DNA of 64,000 nt, taken from contig CP070751.1 of assembly GCA_020348445.1 (NCBI GenBank), forward strand, positions 64,001 through 128,000, in the 5' to 3' direction. The first letter of the stretch is position 1, and the number at the start of each line of letters is the position of its first letter. Positions 8,967 to 19,500 of this stretch are shown one piece after another. The position numbers were made by a program, and so were the translations under genes. Below the pieces are notes generated by a model. It had not been told where the DNA came from. It did no database searches and worked only from the letters and a program-made list of their open reading frames with translations. This DNA comes from Thermoplasmata archaeon (GTDB lineage Archaea > Thermoplasmatota > Thermoplasmata > GCA-020350865).

Positions 8967-9540
8967 CAGCATAATATGGATAGGGGTTATTATCTTCATA
9001 GCCTTGATTATCGCCTCCGTACTTTTTTATTTCCAGAATGAAAAATTCGATACAAAGTACAAGAAGAACATCGAGATCATAAGGGCTATCAAGGCCCAGA
9101 AGTTAAAGGATTTTGGTATGAAGTACTTTGAGGAGGAGGCTCTTGAGGTTAAAGCCAAATCAAAAAAGGAAGTTCCAAGTGGTGAGGACTTCAAGGACCT
9201 GGGAAAGAAGGCGCTTCGCTCTGGAAAGAACCTCAACAGGCTAACCAAGAAGGCAGCTGATCTGAAGATGTGGTATGATTACCAGCCCAGGGCAAAGGAT
9301 TTTTTGGTGAGTGCGGCCTTGTGGACTTTTCTTCTCGGTCTGATCTCCCTGGTGATCTGCCTCTCTATCTGGGCCGAGTTGAACAACGCGGGGGAGATAC
9401 GCTACTCAGGCTACCTGAGTTTTATCTGGATAATCATGGCAATTAATTTATTCAAGAATATTCTGAGGTATAACATAGTGACTACGAACATCAATAAACA
9501 CATGGATATGATAAGAGAGGGGGATGTGGAGAAGTTCTAA
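8959..9540 (+). CDS. Hypothetical membrane protein (about 3 TM), translationally coupled to the upstream gene
   Basis: TTG start with GGAGG RBS; 8-bp overlap with the upstream gene; one N-terminal TM, a basic soluble segment and two C-terminal TMs. Confidence 0.75.
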   Translation: MYDSIIWIGVIIFIALIIASVLFYFQNEKFDTKYKKNIEIIRAIKAQKLKDFGMKYFEEEALEVKAKSKKEVPSGEDFKDLGKKALRSGKNLNRLTKKAADLKMWYDYQPRAKDFLVSAALWTFLLGLISLVICLSIWAELNNAGEIRYSGYLSFIWIIMAINLFKNILRYNIVTTNINKHMDMIREGDVEKF

Positions 9541-9593
9541 GAAATGGATTAAGGGGATTAGGCTAATTCTCTTTTTGTGGTCTTGTTCTTTTT

Positions 9594-12500
9594 TTATAAT
9601 AACTCAGTATCTTCCTCGGAAACATCTTCTTTTACTTCACCTACATCTTGTTCCTCAGATATTGGCTCAGTGATGTCCCCCTCTGTTGTGATCTCCTCTT
9701 TACCTTCCAATGTTTTCAATTCCATTAAGTAGTCGTCTATCCTTTTATCTAAAATCAGAAAATGGTTTTCCTCGATCTTGCCCCTGTGAACGTCCTTTTT
9801 GATGTCATTTCTCAGGATGATTAATTCTTCCTCACAGGTCTTGGGATCATCCTTGTATTCATCGAAGGTGTCTTCTACCCTTTCCATATACCGCCTGAGC
9901 TTACCCCGCTTTCTTCTTATAGTCAGGAACCCAATAAGAAATACTATAATTGAAGCTAGGACCGTTAGGCCAGTAACTATTGGTTCCATGGTCTCCCAGC
10001 TAAATAATCCCTTCTCTTCGGGGGCTTTCTCGGTGATAAATTCAATATTATAATTCTTATCGAGTTTTCTTCCGCCGATTTCTGAAGTGGCATTTGAGTA
10101 AATTGTAATTACATATTTCGTACCGTATTGCAAGTTTGAGTCGGGAATAAATATAATAGATTTACCTTCCTTAGCAAACATCCCATCAATGGAAGGGGAA
10201 ATTGAAAATGCCTTATCGACACTTGTCTTATCCATGGCTTCGGTGAAATAAATAGTAATTCTTGTTTCAACATCCACATTTGTAGAAGCATCTTCTGGAA
10301 CGGTACTTAAGATTTGAACATTTACCGTACTCGGATCTGAAACAGTGGTAAATTCCCAAGATATTGCTGATTCAAGAGGATTACCAGTAATGTCCGTTGC
10401 ACCAGTGCCAATAGTGACATTATATGTGGTACTATAATCCAAATCAGAATTTGGTCTGAATACGAGTTGATTGCCTATCCAACTAGAAGAACCACCAACG
10501 TCAGGAAGAATTGAAAATGCACTTTGAACCGAAGCTTGATTCATTGGCCCATCAAATGATATCGTTATGGTTGTGTTTACGGCCACATTGTTGCCCATTG
10601 GGGACTTATCGATTACCGTTGGCGATGTTATATCCTGTGTAACTGTGATATCGATATCATTTAATCCGCTGGGCTCCGTACTGATCTGGCCACTTACTCC
10701 GTAATATTTAATGTTGGAAGGATCAACTCCATCTTCTGCTTTGATGTAATATTCAAGTCCATCTGTCGTAACTGCAGTCCCTGGAATTTCCGAATAGTAA
10801 GTATCTCCAATTGGATTCATTTGCTGCATAGTGTAGGTTGATTGGGAAGGTTTTTTGTAATACAAAAATACATTTTTCACACCACTTTCATCTGTCACAT
10901 CGACAGTGATATTGATAGGGATGCCAGATGAGCCGCTTGTTACGGGAGAATGGGTAATAGAAGGTGGAGTGGTATCAGGATCTTGTATAGTGATATCTAT
11001 GTCAGTGAGAGGGGTGGGCTCAGTACCAGTTTGGCCACTGTTGCCGTAATATAAAATATTGTTAGCTTTGTCTGATGCCTTTAAATAATATTCAAGTCCT
11101 GCCGAAGTTGCTGCACTCCCAGGAATTTCTGCGGAATAGGTATTTCCATCGGCAGTCATTTGCTGCTCAGTATAAAGTGATTCACCCGGTTTTTTATAGT
11201 ATAAAAACACATTTTTTACACCACTTACATCATCTGTCACACCCGCGGTGACAGCAATCGGTGTTCCTGATGTTCCACTGGTAACAACATTATGAGTGAT
11301 GGAGGGTGGAGTCGTATCATCTGTTATTGTTATATCGATATCATCTGTCGAGGTGGGCTCTATCTCAACTCCGCCAAACGAACCAAAGTATATGGTAATG
11401 GCTGGGTCGGTTTTATCAGTTGCCTTTATGTAATATTCAAGTCCTTCTGTGGTAACCGCGGTTCCAGGTAATTCTACATAGTAGGTATTTCCGATGGCGT
11501 ACATTTGTCGTTCGGTATAAGTTGATTCAGTGGGTTTTTTACAATAGAGATATGCCTTATCTATACCACTATGGGCATCCGTAATAACTGCAGTGAAATT
11601 GATTGGAATACCGGTAGCACCGGTTGTAATAGGTGTATGTGAGATGATTGGAGCGGACGTGTCAATATACACATCGACATATCCTTCAATAAGATTTCCA
11701 GCCGTATCAAAAGCTCTTACTGTTATGTTATGAATTCCATCTTCTTGGGAAGGCAATGTATAGGGGCTTGCTTGGGTATAAAAGGAACCATGGTCTATAC
11801 TTACTTTGTAATATTCAACACTGCTTGTCTCATCCGTGGTTGAGAATGAGATCACAGGTTGGGTATCTGTAGTCCAATTACTTGGAGCTGCTATGGGAAT
11901 GAAAGCATTAGGAGGAGTTATATCAATGTACACCTCCACATATTCATCTCGATAATTTCCAGCTTGATCATAGGCCCTGACCGTTATGTTGTGCGTCCCT
12001 TCGGCCTGGGAAGGTAATGTATAAGGACTCATTCGGGTAGTGAAATCACCAGAGTCTATGCTGATATTGTAATAGTCAATACCGCTGAGATCGTCCGTGG
12101 TGAGAAACTCAATTACAGGTTGGGTATTGGATGTCCAGTTACTTGGATCTGCTGTGGGTGTAAAGGAATTTGGGGGTGTGGAATCAAAGATGTAATAGGA
12201 TGCTTCAGGAGGGGTTGATGGATCGGGTGGCTCCTCGTTCTCGGATATGGCTAACCAGCTGTAATAACCGTCCGCGGGTACGGTCCAGGGGTAGATCCCA
12301 TCGGGTGTATTATCGGTATCCATTAAAGTCCATGAATATGGCGCACTTGTATTGAGTGTGTAGTAAATAGTTACATTCGGTGGGGTTCCACTCATATTGT
12401 ATGATATGTTAATGTCCGCCTCATTCACAGGGCCGCCCACTGGACCCGTGGCCATGGTGTATGGAGCTACAGTGAGGCCTGTGTTCCTGAAGTACTCAAC

Positions 12501-13445
12501 AATAGTTACAGCTCTATCATCCCTGGTATATGAGATGTTGAGCTCAGGCCTATAATAATCTGGGGGGACGTCCATGGATACATCAAAATTCCAATTCAAT
12601 TCCAAGTTTCCATCTGCTGAAATGGGCCCTGGATTCGTTGACAGATTGATACCGTCCGAAAAAGTTATGTCTTGAGGTATTCCGCCTAAATTGAGATCGG
12701 CTTCAATATCAGAAATCGAGTAAGGGGCGTGATTTGTCAGTTGAATCTCGCCATCCTGCCAAGTCTCGCCTGCCTCGAAATCCGGGTGAAAATCTGTCTC
12801 ATCGATATCAGGAAGGTCCTCATGCATATCGGTTTCACCAGGGCTATTATCAGGATCGAATATGGAACTCACATAGATATCGAAATAAAAAGACTCGTCT
12901 GCGATAGAGGTGCCTATCGGCTGTTCCATGTTCTCTAGTAATATCCCAAGAGCATCCTCATACAAGAAATTGACATCTCCGCTGTTACCTATGTCAATTG
13001 TAAACTGGAATGTCTCGGATCCAAATGGGAATATTGTATGACCATCATCCTCATCCATATTAGGAGTGAATAGGGGATGGTATGAAACAAGCGTCGCGTC
13101 GCCAACAAAGATATTATCAGTAGAATCAGTATTTTCAAGTGTTAGCCACACATTTACATCCATGTCTCCAAGATGGTAGGCATTACCGTTCATGCTGTCA
13201 AAGTTGATTTGTATCAATTCATCCCAAGGGGGAATTGCTGGGTCATCCTCCATCCAATTATCTTCCCAACGGGCTAATATATCCCCACCTACATTCTCAT
13301 CAGCCATAGCCCTTAAACCTACCATGGCCACAAACGAGCTCACTGACAAGAAAGCTGCCACGCAAATAACAAATAGTATCCTTTTCACACCCGTCATTCC
13401 TATTCCCCCTATCCATTGTGTAGTCACAACTCCAGTTCCATGCAA
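9594..13445 (-). CDS. Array gene 1: large type I surface protein with an acidic non-propeller head, 2 short Ig-like repeats, 3 ITHTPV domains, 2 Big_5-like domains, TM and conserved cytoplasmic domain
   Basis: 1283-aa ORF with a signal peptide (alternative start ATG 13397). C-terminus FSWETMEPIVTGLTVLASIIVFLIGFLTIRRKRGKL...[19 protein letters not shown] is shared with genes 2-9. Confidence 0.9.
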   Translation of the reverse strand: MHGTGVVTTQWIGGIGMTGVKRILFVICVAAFLSVSSFVAMVGLRAMADENVGGDILARWEDNWMEDDPAIPPWDELIQINFDSMNGNAYHLGDMDVNVWLTLENTDSTDNIFVGDATLVSYHPLFTPNMDEDDGHTIFPFGSETFQFTIDIGNSGDVNFLYEDALGILLENMEQPIGTSIADESFYFDIYVSSIFDPDNSPGETDMHEDLPDIDETDFHPDFEAGETWQDGEIQLTNHAPYSISDIEADLNLGGIPQDITFSDGINLSTNPGPISADGNLELNWNFDVSMDVPPDYYRPELNISYTRDDRAVTIVEYFRNTGLTVAPYTMATGPVGGPVNEADINISYNMSGTPPNVTIYYTLNTSAPYSWTLMDTDNTPDGIYPWTVPADGYYSWLAISENEEPPDPSTPPEASYYIFDSTPPNSFTPTADPSNWTSNTQPVIEFLTTDDLSGIDYYNISIDSGDFTTRMSPYTLPSQAEGTHNITVRAYDQAGNYRDEYVEVYIDITPPNAFIPIAAPSNWTTDTQPVISFSTTDETSSVEYYKVSIDHGSFYTQASPYTLPSQEDGIHNITVRAFDTAGNLIEGYVDVYIDTSAPIISHTPITTGATGIPINFTAVITDAHSGIDKAYLYCKKPTESTYTERQMYAIGNTYYVELPGTAVTTEGLEYYIKATDKTDPAITIYFGSFGGVEIEPTSTDDIDITITDDTTPPSITHNVVTSGTSGTPIAVTAGVTDDVSGVKNVFLYYKKPGESLYTEQQMTADGNTYSAEIPGSAATSAGLEYYLKASDKANNILYYGNSGQTGTEPTPLTDIDITIQDPDTTPPSITHSPVTSGSSGIPINITVDVTDESGVKNVFLYYKKPSQSTYTMQQMNPIGDTYYSEIPGTAVTTDGLEYYIKAEDGVDPSNIKYYGVSGQISTEPSGLNDIDITVTQDITSPTVIDKSPMGNNVAVNTTITISFDGPMNQASVQSAFSILPDVGGSSSWIGNQLVFRPNSDLDYSTTYNVTIGTGATDITGNPLESAISWEFTTVSDPSTVNVQILSTVPEDASTNVDVETRITIYFTEAMDKTSVDKAFSISPSIDGMFAKEGKSIIFIPDSNLQYGTKYVITIYSNATSEIGGRKLDKNYNIEFITEKAPEEKGLFSWETMEPIVTGLTVLASIIVFLIGFLTIRRKRGKLRRYMERVEDTFDEYKDDPKTCEEELIILRNDIKKDVHRGKIEENHFLILDKRIDDYLMELKTLEGKEEITTEGDITEPISEEQDVGEVKEDVSEEDTELL

Positions 13446-13482
13446 TAGGCCACCTCCTGGAATTGGACCAGGTATTTGAATA

Positions 13483-13510
13483 ATATATGGATATATAAGT
13501 TTATCTTTTT
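13483..13510 (-). promoter_or_regulatory. Array promoter copy 1 (BRE/TATA-like, most divergent copy)
   Basis: Minus strand AAAAAGATAAACTTATATATCCATATAT, upstream of a GGAGGTG RBS. Confidence 0.65.
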
Positions 13511-13534
13511 ATCTGGTCTTGGTCTCCCTCAATC

Positions 13535-16500
13535 CTATTCAAATCCCCCACCAAGATCTTCTTCCTCTGAAATTGACTCCTCGGAAACTGGCTCTGTAAT
13601 GTCCTCCTCCAACACCTCCCCTGCCTCCTCTTTTTCCATGGTTTTCAAATCCAATAAGTAGTCGTCTATCCTTTTATCCAATATCAGGAAGTGATTTTCC
13701 TCGATCTTTCCCTTCCTAACATCGACTTTAATGTCTTCCCTAAGAGCAATTAGCTCCTGCTCACAAGCTTGTGGGTCCTTTTTGTATTCGTTGAATGTAT
13801 CTTCTATTCTATCTATATGCTTCTTGAGCTTACCACGCTTTCTTCTTATGGAAAGAAATCCAATCAAGAATACGATAATAGAGGCTAGAACTGTTGCTCC
13901 GGTGATTATGGGTTCCCAAACATCCCAAAAGGATTCCTTATCCTGAACCGCGTCAGCTTCTTTTTCTGTTTGGAATGCTTGATTAAATTCAGTCTCAAGG
14001 TCAATGTTAGCCAAATCTTTCGCACTTGTAGAAATTGTTACAGTATACTCGGTATCATAACTCAAGGGAATATCAGGCTTGAATTTTAAAGTGATCCCAG
14101 CCATTTCAACCCATTCGAATTTACCCTCTACATGCGGGGTGATTGAAAAAGCACTCTGTGTAACATTCATAATCATAGTTTCACTAAATGTAATTGTGAT
14201 AATCGAATCAATAGGCACATCAGAACCATCTGGTGACATATCTAATACCTTGGGAGGTATTGTATCTCTTTCCTGGATTAATATATCGATATCATCTAAA
14301 GTTGATGGTGCTGTTAGAACTCGTCCATTTTTACCGAAGTATATAGTGTTAGATGGTAACGAATTATCTACCGCTTTTATATAGTATTCAATAAAATCTG
14401 TGTCAACTGTTGCAGCAGATATTTCAGCGGAATAGATATTTTCTTGAAGGGTCATTTGAATTGGTGTATATACGACTTCGTTTTGTTTTTTAAAGAAGAG
14501 AGTTACACTTGCAACCCCACTATTTTCGTCAGTAACTGTTGCAGCAATTATTATTGATGTTCCTTTGAGTCCGCTTGTAACAGGTGTATGAGTAATCACA
14601 GGTGGAGTTGTATCAATATATACAACAATGTCTTCTTCGATAAAATTACCAACATTATCGAATGCCCGTATGGTTATATTATGAATGCCATTATCTTGAT
14701 GGGGTAATGTGTACGGACTTGTTTGGATCGAAAAACTTTCACCATCAATACTAATTTCATAATGAGCAATATCGCTAAGATCATCTGTTGTCGAAAATGA
14801 TATTTGTGGTTGGGTATTGGAAGTCCAACCCTCAGAACTAGTGGTAGGAGTAAAACTCTCCGGGCCTGTAGTGTCAATATAGACGAATACATATCCTTCA
14901 ATGTAATTTCCAGCTTTGTCAAATGCCCGGACGGTTATGTTATGGATGCCATCATCTTGTGAAGGTAATATATATGGACTTGTTTGGATTGAAAAACTCT
15001 CACCGTCAATGCTTATCTCATAATGATCTATACCGCTAACAACATCCGTTGTTTCGAATGTAATTGTAGGTTGTGTATTATCGGTCCAGCTACTAGGATT
15101 TGCTATAACAGTTAATGGAGAATCAGGAGGCGAGCTGTCATAATATAAATATGTGGTGTTGTAGCTAGTATAATCTTTATTGTTTATGTCGTCTACCAAC
15201 CATATAAATATTTCATTCGAGCTTTCCAAAGGAACTGGAATACCCATGAGGGAATTTATCCCAGGGTTAGTAATCAATGTTCCATCGGTATTGGATGTAG
15301 GTGGAGAGTTGAACCTATAGTAAGCTCCTGCAATACCCGTTAAATCACTTGGATTCGTCCAGGATATATCGAATGAATTTGTGTTAATCCAATTGCTTGG
15401 TGTTACAGAAACTCCAATAGGGGAATCTGGGGCTGTTGCATCGTAGTAAAGATATGTTGTTGTGTAATTCAAATAATTGACATTACCCGCCTCATCGATT
15501 AACCAGACATAAATTGTATGATTGCCATCACCTGTAACTGTGATACCATTTAAGGAAGTAACGTTTGAACCGGCAACGTATGTCCCATCGGTGTCTGAGG
15601 TCGGAGCAGAATCTAACTTGTAATACGCGCCAGTAATACCTGCCGTATCACTTGGATTGGTCCATGAAATATCGAATGAATTTGTATTATTCCAAGTTGC
15701 AGGATTCGCTGTAAGACCTATGGGTGGATCAGGGTCTGAATTATCATACAATAGATAAATTATCGAGTGATTATTATAATCTTTATTGTCTAAGTTATCG
15801 TTTAACCAGACATAGATAGTATGATTGCCTTCACCACTGACAATGATATTATCAATATATGTGATATCCACACCAGCGACATAAGTGCCATCCGTATCGG
15901 AGGTGGGTGCCGATTTCAATTTATAAAATGCCCCAGCTATTCCCGAGAATTCGCTAGGATTAGTCCATGATACCGTAAATGAATTCGTAGATGTCCAATC
16001 ACCAGGTGTAGCTTTCAAATTTATTGGCGAAGAAGGTGCAAGACCATCATAGAATAGAATTGTTGAACTGTAAGTAGTAAAATTCACATTATTTGCATTA
16101 TCTTTTAACCAGATATAAATCGTATGCACACCTGAATCCAAAACAGATATACCGCTTATGTTGTTTATTTCCTGACCCTGGACGTATATACCATCATCAT
16201 TGGATGTTGGCGCAGAATACAATTTGTAATAAACTCCCGCAATACCCGCGTCATCGACTGGGTTAGTCCAAGATACATTGAACGAATTCATATTAGTCCA
16301 ACTGCTGGGAATTGCAGAAACACCAATCGGGGAATCCGGGTCCGTTGTGTCATAATGAAGATATGTTGTTGTGTAATTCAAATAATTGACATTGCCGGCT
16401 TCATCTTTTAACCAGACGTAAATTGTATGATTGCCATCACCTATAACAGAGATATTACCTAAGAAAGTAATGTCCGAACCTACCACAAATATCCCGTCAG

Positions 16501-19500
16501 TATCTGAAGTCGGAGGAGAGTCTAGCCTGTAATATACACCAGCTATCCCTGAGGCATCGATTGGATTGGTCCATGAAATATTAAACGAATTCCTTGAATT
16601 CCAGGTGCTCGGTTCTGCAGAAATTCCACCAGGTGGATCCGGTGCGGTTATATCTATTCCTAGAGTTTGGTAGGAGCTGTACGCACTCCAATTTCCATCA
16701 GAGTCCTTTGTGCGGACTTTCCAGAACCAAAAACCCTCAGCCATTGTAGTGTATCCTGTACCTGAAGGGAACTGCCAAAATTCGTTTGATGAACTTTGTT
16801 CACCGCTGTTATAATCTAGGCTTGTAAAACTGCTGTCATTATCGATCACAACTTGAAATTCTGTCTGGGTGCTGTCGGAATCGTTAAAACTCCAGCTGAA
16901 ATATGGGGTAGTATCGTTTGTCATAAAATTATCGGTAGGATTTAATGAACCGGGCGGGCCAGGTATTAAATTAAAATGTATGGTCAAATTATGTAAAACT
17001 GGTGTAATACTTGTGTTGCTCGTGTTTAGATAGGCTTCATATTGGAACCATTGTTCTCCGTGATGCCCCGACCAGATATTTGTTCCGGATGTTGTGTAAA
17101 AAGTGGAAGGTGTTCCATCGGGCCCTACAAAGTTCTTAACCGATAAACCGCCTTGTGTAGTCGCAGATCTTAATTGGAATTTAATTTCTGTATTTGCGGG
17201 TACGGTCGCATTCCAGTTAATTGTCCGCCACGAAACCTCTCCTCCAGTATTATATGGCTCTGACACCAATGTACCTAATGAAAAATACTGTTGATACGAT
17301 AAATTTATGTTCCTTAGAATAGGCGTGTCTATTCCATCAGAATAGAAATTGACATGGTAGTAAAATCTAGAACCATTCCATCCTAAAGTAGTGAGGTCAA
17401 TGAGATTTGTACCTCCGGATATAGTATCCCAACCATTTATAGAACCGGAAGAATTATACCAGTTAAAAGAGTCTTTTGAAAATTGCACTTTAATACCTGT
17501 TCCAAAGGGCTTGACTACTTCACATGTAAAATTATTAATCGAATATATCTTACTATCGGTAAGTATATTATTAGAAATTATCTCACCCCAAGATGAATCG
17601 TCTTTAACCAGCCAGATATTGGGTTTACCTGGAACACCGATCCCATAAGAGTACGTATCACCAACGATGATATATCCTCCATTAGGGGTCTGCTGAACTT
17701 CTTTACCCCATCCACCCCAGAAGAATTTAAACCATTTCTCATTCCCTAAAGAATCGGTTTTGATAGAATCAATAGTGCCTGTAATTATAAAACCTCCATC
17801 GAATGTCTGCTGGACAGAATACCCCCTATCATTACCACTCCCGCCGAAGGTTTTATTCCATTGCTCATTACCGAAAGAATCTGTCTTAATCAGCCATACA
17901 TCCCAACCTCCAGCACCATAAGTGTTTGTTTCTCCAGCTATGATATATCCTTCATCGGTAGTCTGTTGTACTGAATAACTGTAATCAGGGTCAGATGCAC
18001 CGCCGAAAGTCTTATTCCATATCTCATCTCCATTATTATCAGTTTTAATCAACCATACATCTCCGCCTATATATCCCGCTATTATAAAGCCGCCATCAGT
18101 GGTCTGTTGAACTGAATATCCCCTATCAGCAAAATTAACACCGAAGGTTTTGTTCCACTGTTCATTGCCTGACGAATCAGTCTTGATCAACCAGACATTA
18201 TAATTACTTGCACCAAAAGACATTGTACCACCAGCAAGGATAAAGCCATCATCAGAAGTCTGCTGTACTGAATACCCATAATCATGTTGGGGTCCACCGA
18301 AAGTTTTTTCCCAATGCTTATTACCTGAGGAGTCGGTCCTAATCAGCCAGACATCATAATTACTCCCACCAAAAGGCCATCTATACCCAACAATAATATA
18401 ACCGCCATCAGAGGTTTGTTGAACCGATTGACCACTACCACCCACTAATGAACCGAGGGTTTTGTTCCATTGCTCATTTCCTAACGAATCGGTCTTTATC
18501 AGCCATGCATCAGAAGTACCTACACTAAAAGAAGACGTGTCCCCAGTGATAATAAAGCCGCCATCAAAGGTCTGTTGGACTGAATAACCATATTCATAAC
18601 TAGCCCCACCGAAGGATTTACTCCATGACTCGACATCGGACGAATCTGTCTTAATCAGATATGCATCAGTTCCTCCCGCACCGTAAGAATATGTATACCC
18701 GGCAATAATATATCCTCCGTCAAAGGTTTGTTGGACTGAATAGGTATATTCACCTGAACTCCCACCGAAGATTTTATTCCATACCTCATTGCCTAATGAA
18801 TCGGTTTTGATCAGCCAAGCATCATAACCATCACCAAAGGAGCTTGTATAACCTGCAATGACATACCCCCCATCAGAAGTTTCTTGGACTGAATAACCTT
18901 GGTCCCAACCATTTCCGCCAATTGAATTATTCCATTGCTCGTTACCTGACGAATCTGTTTTAATTAACATTACATCCCTATGGCCGAGACTAAATAAATA
19001 AGTATAACCAGCTATGATAAATCCACCATCGGAGGTCTGCTGGAGGGATTCACCATAACTATAATCACCTACATTGAAGGTCTTATTCCATATCTCAGTT
19101 CCTAAAGAATCGGTCTTGATTAACCAGGCGGTCCAATTACCAACAGAACCATAAGATCGTGTAGTTCCAGCGATGATAAAGCCACCATCAGGGGTTTCCA
19201 GTACTGCTCGACCATGATCCCGGTCATCCCCACCAAAGGTTCTATTCCATTGCTCTATGCCGGTTTCGTTCGTTTTAATCAGCCAGGCATCCCAACTGCC
19301 TGCACCCCAAGAGCCGATATCTCCTGTAATGATATACCCACCATCGGAAGTTTCCTGAACTGCCTCACCATAATCAATGGAACTCCCGCCGAAGGTTTTA
19401 TTCCAAAGCTCATTACCTGATGAATCGGTCTTGATTAGCCATGCATCCCAATTGCTACCAACACCATAAGATTGTGTACTCCCAGCGATGATAAATCCGC

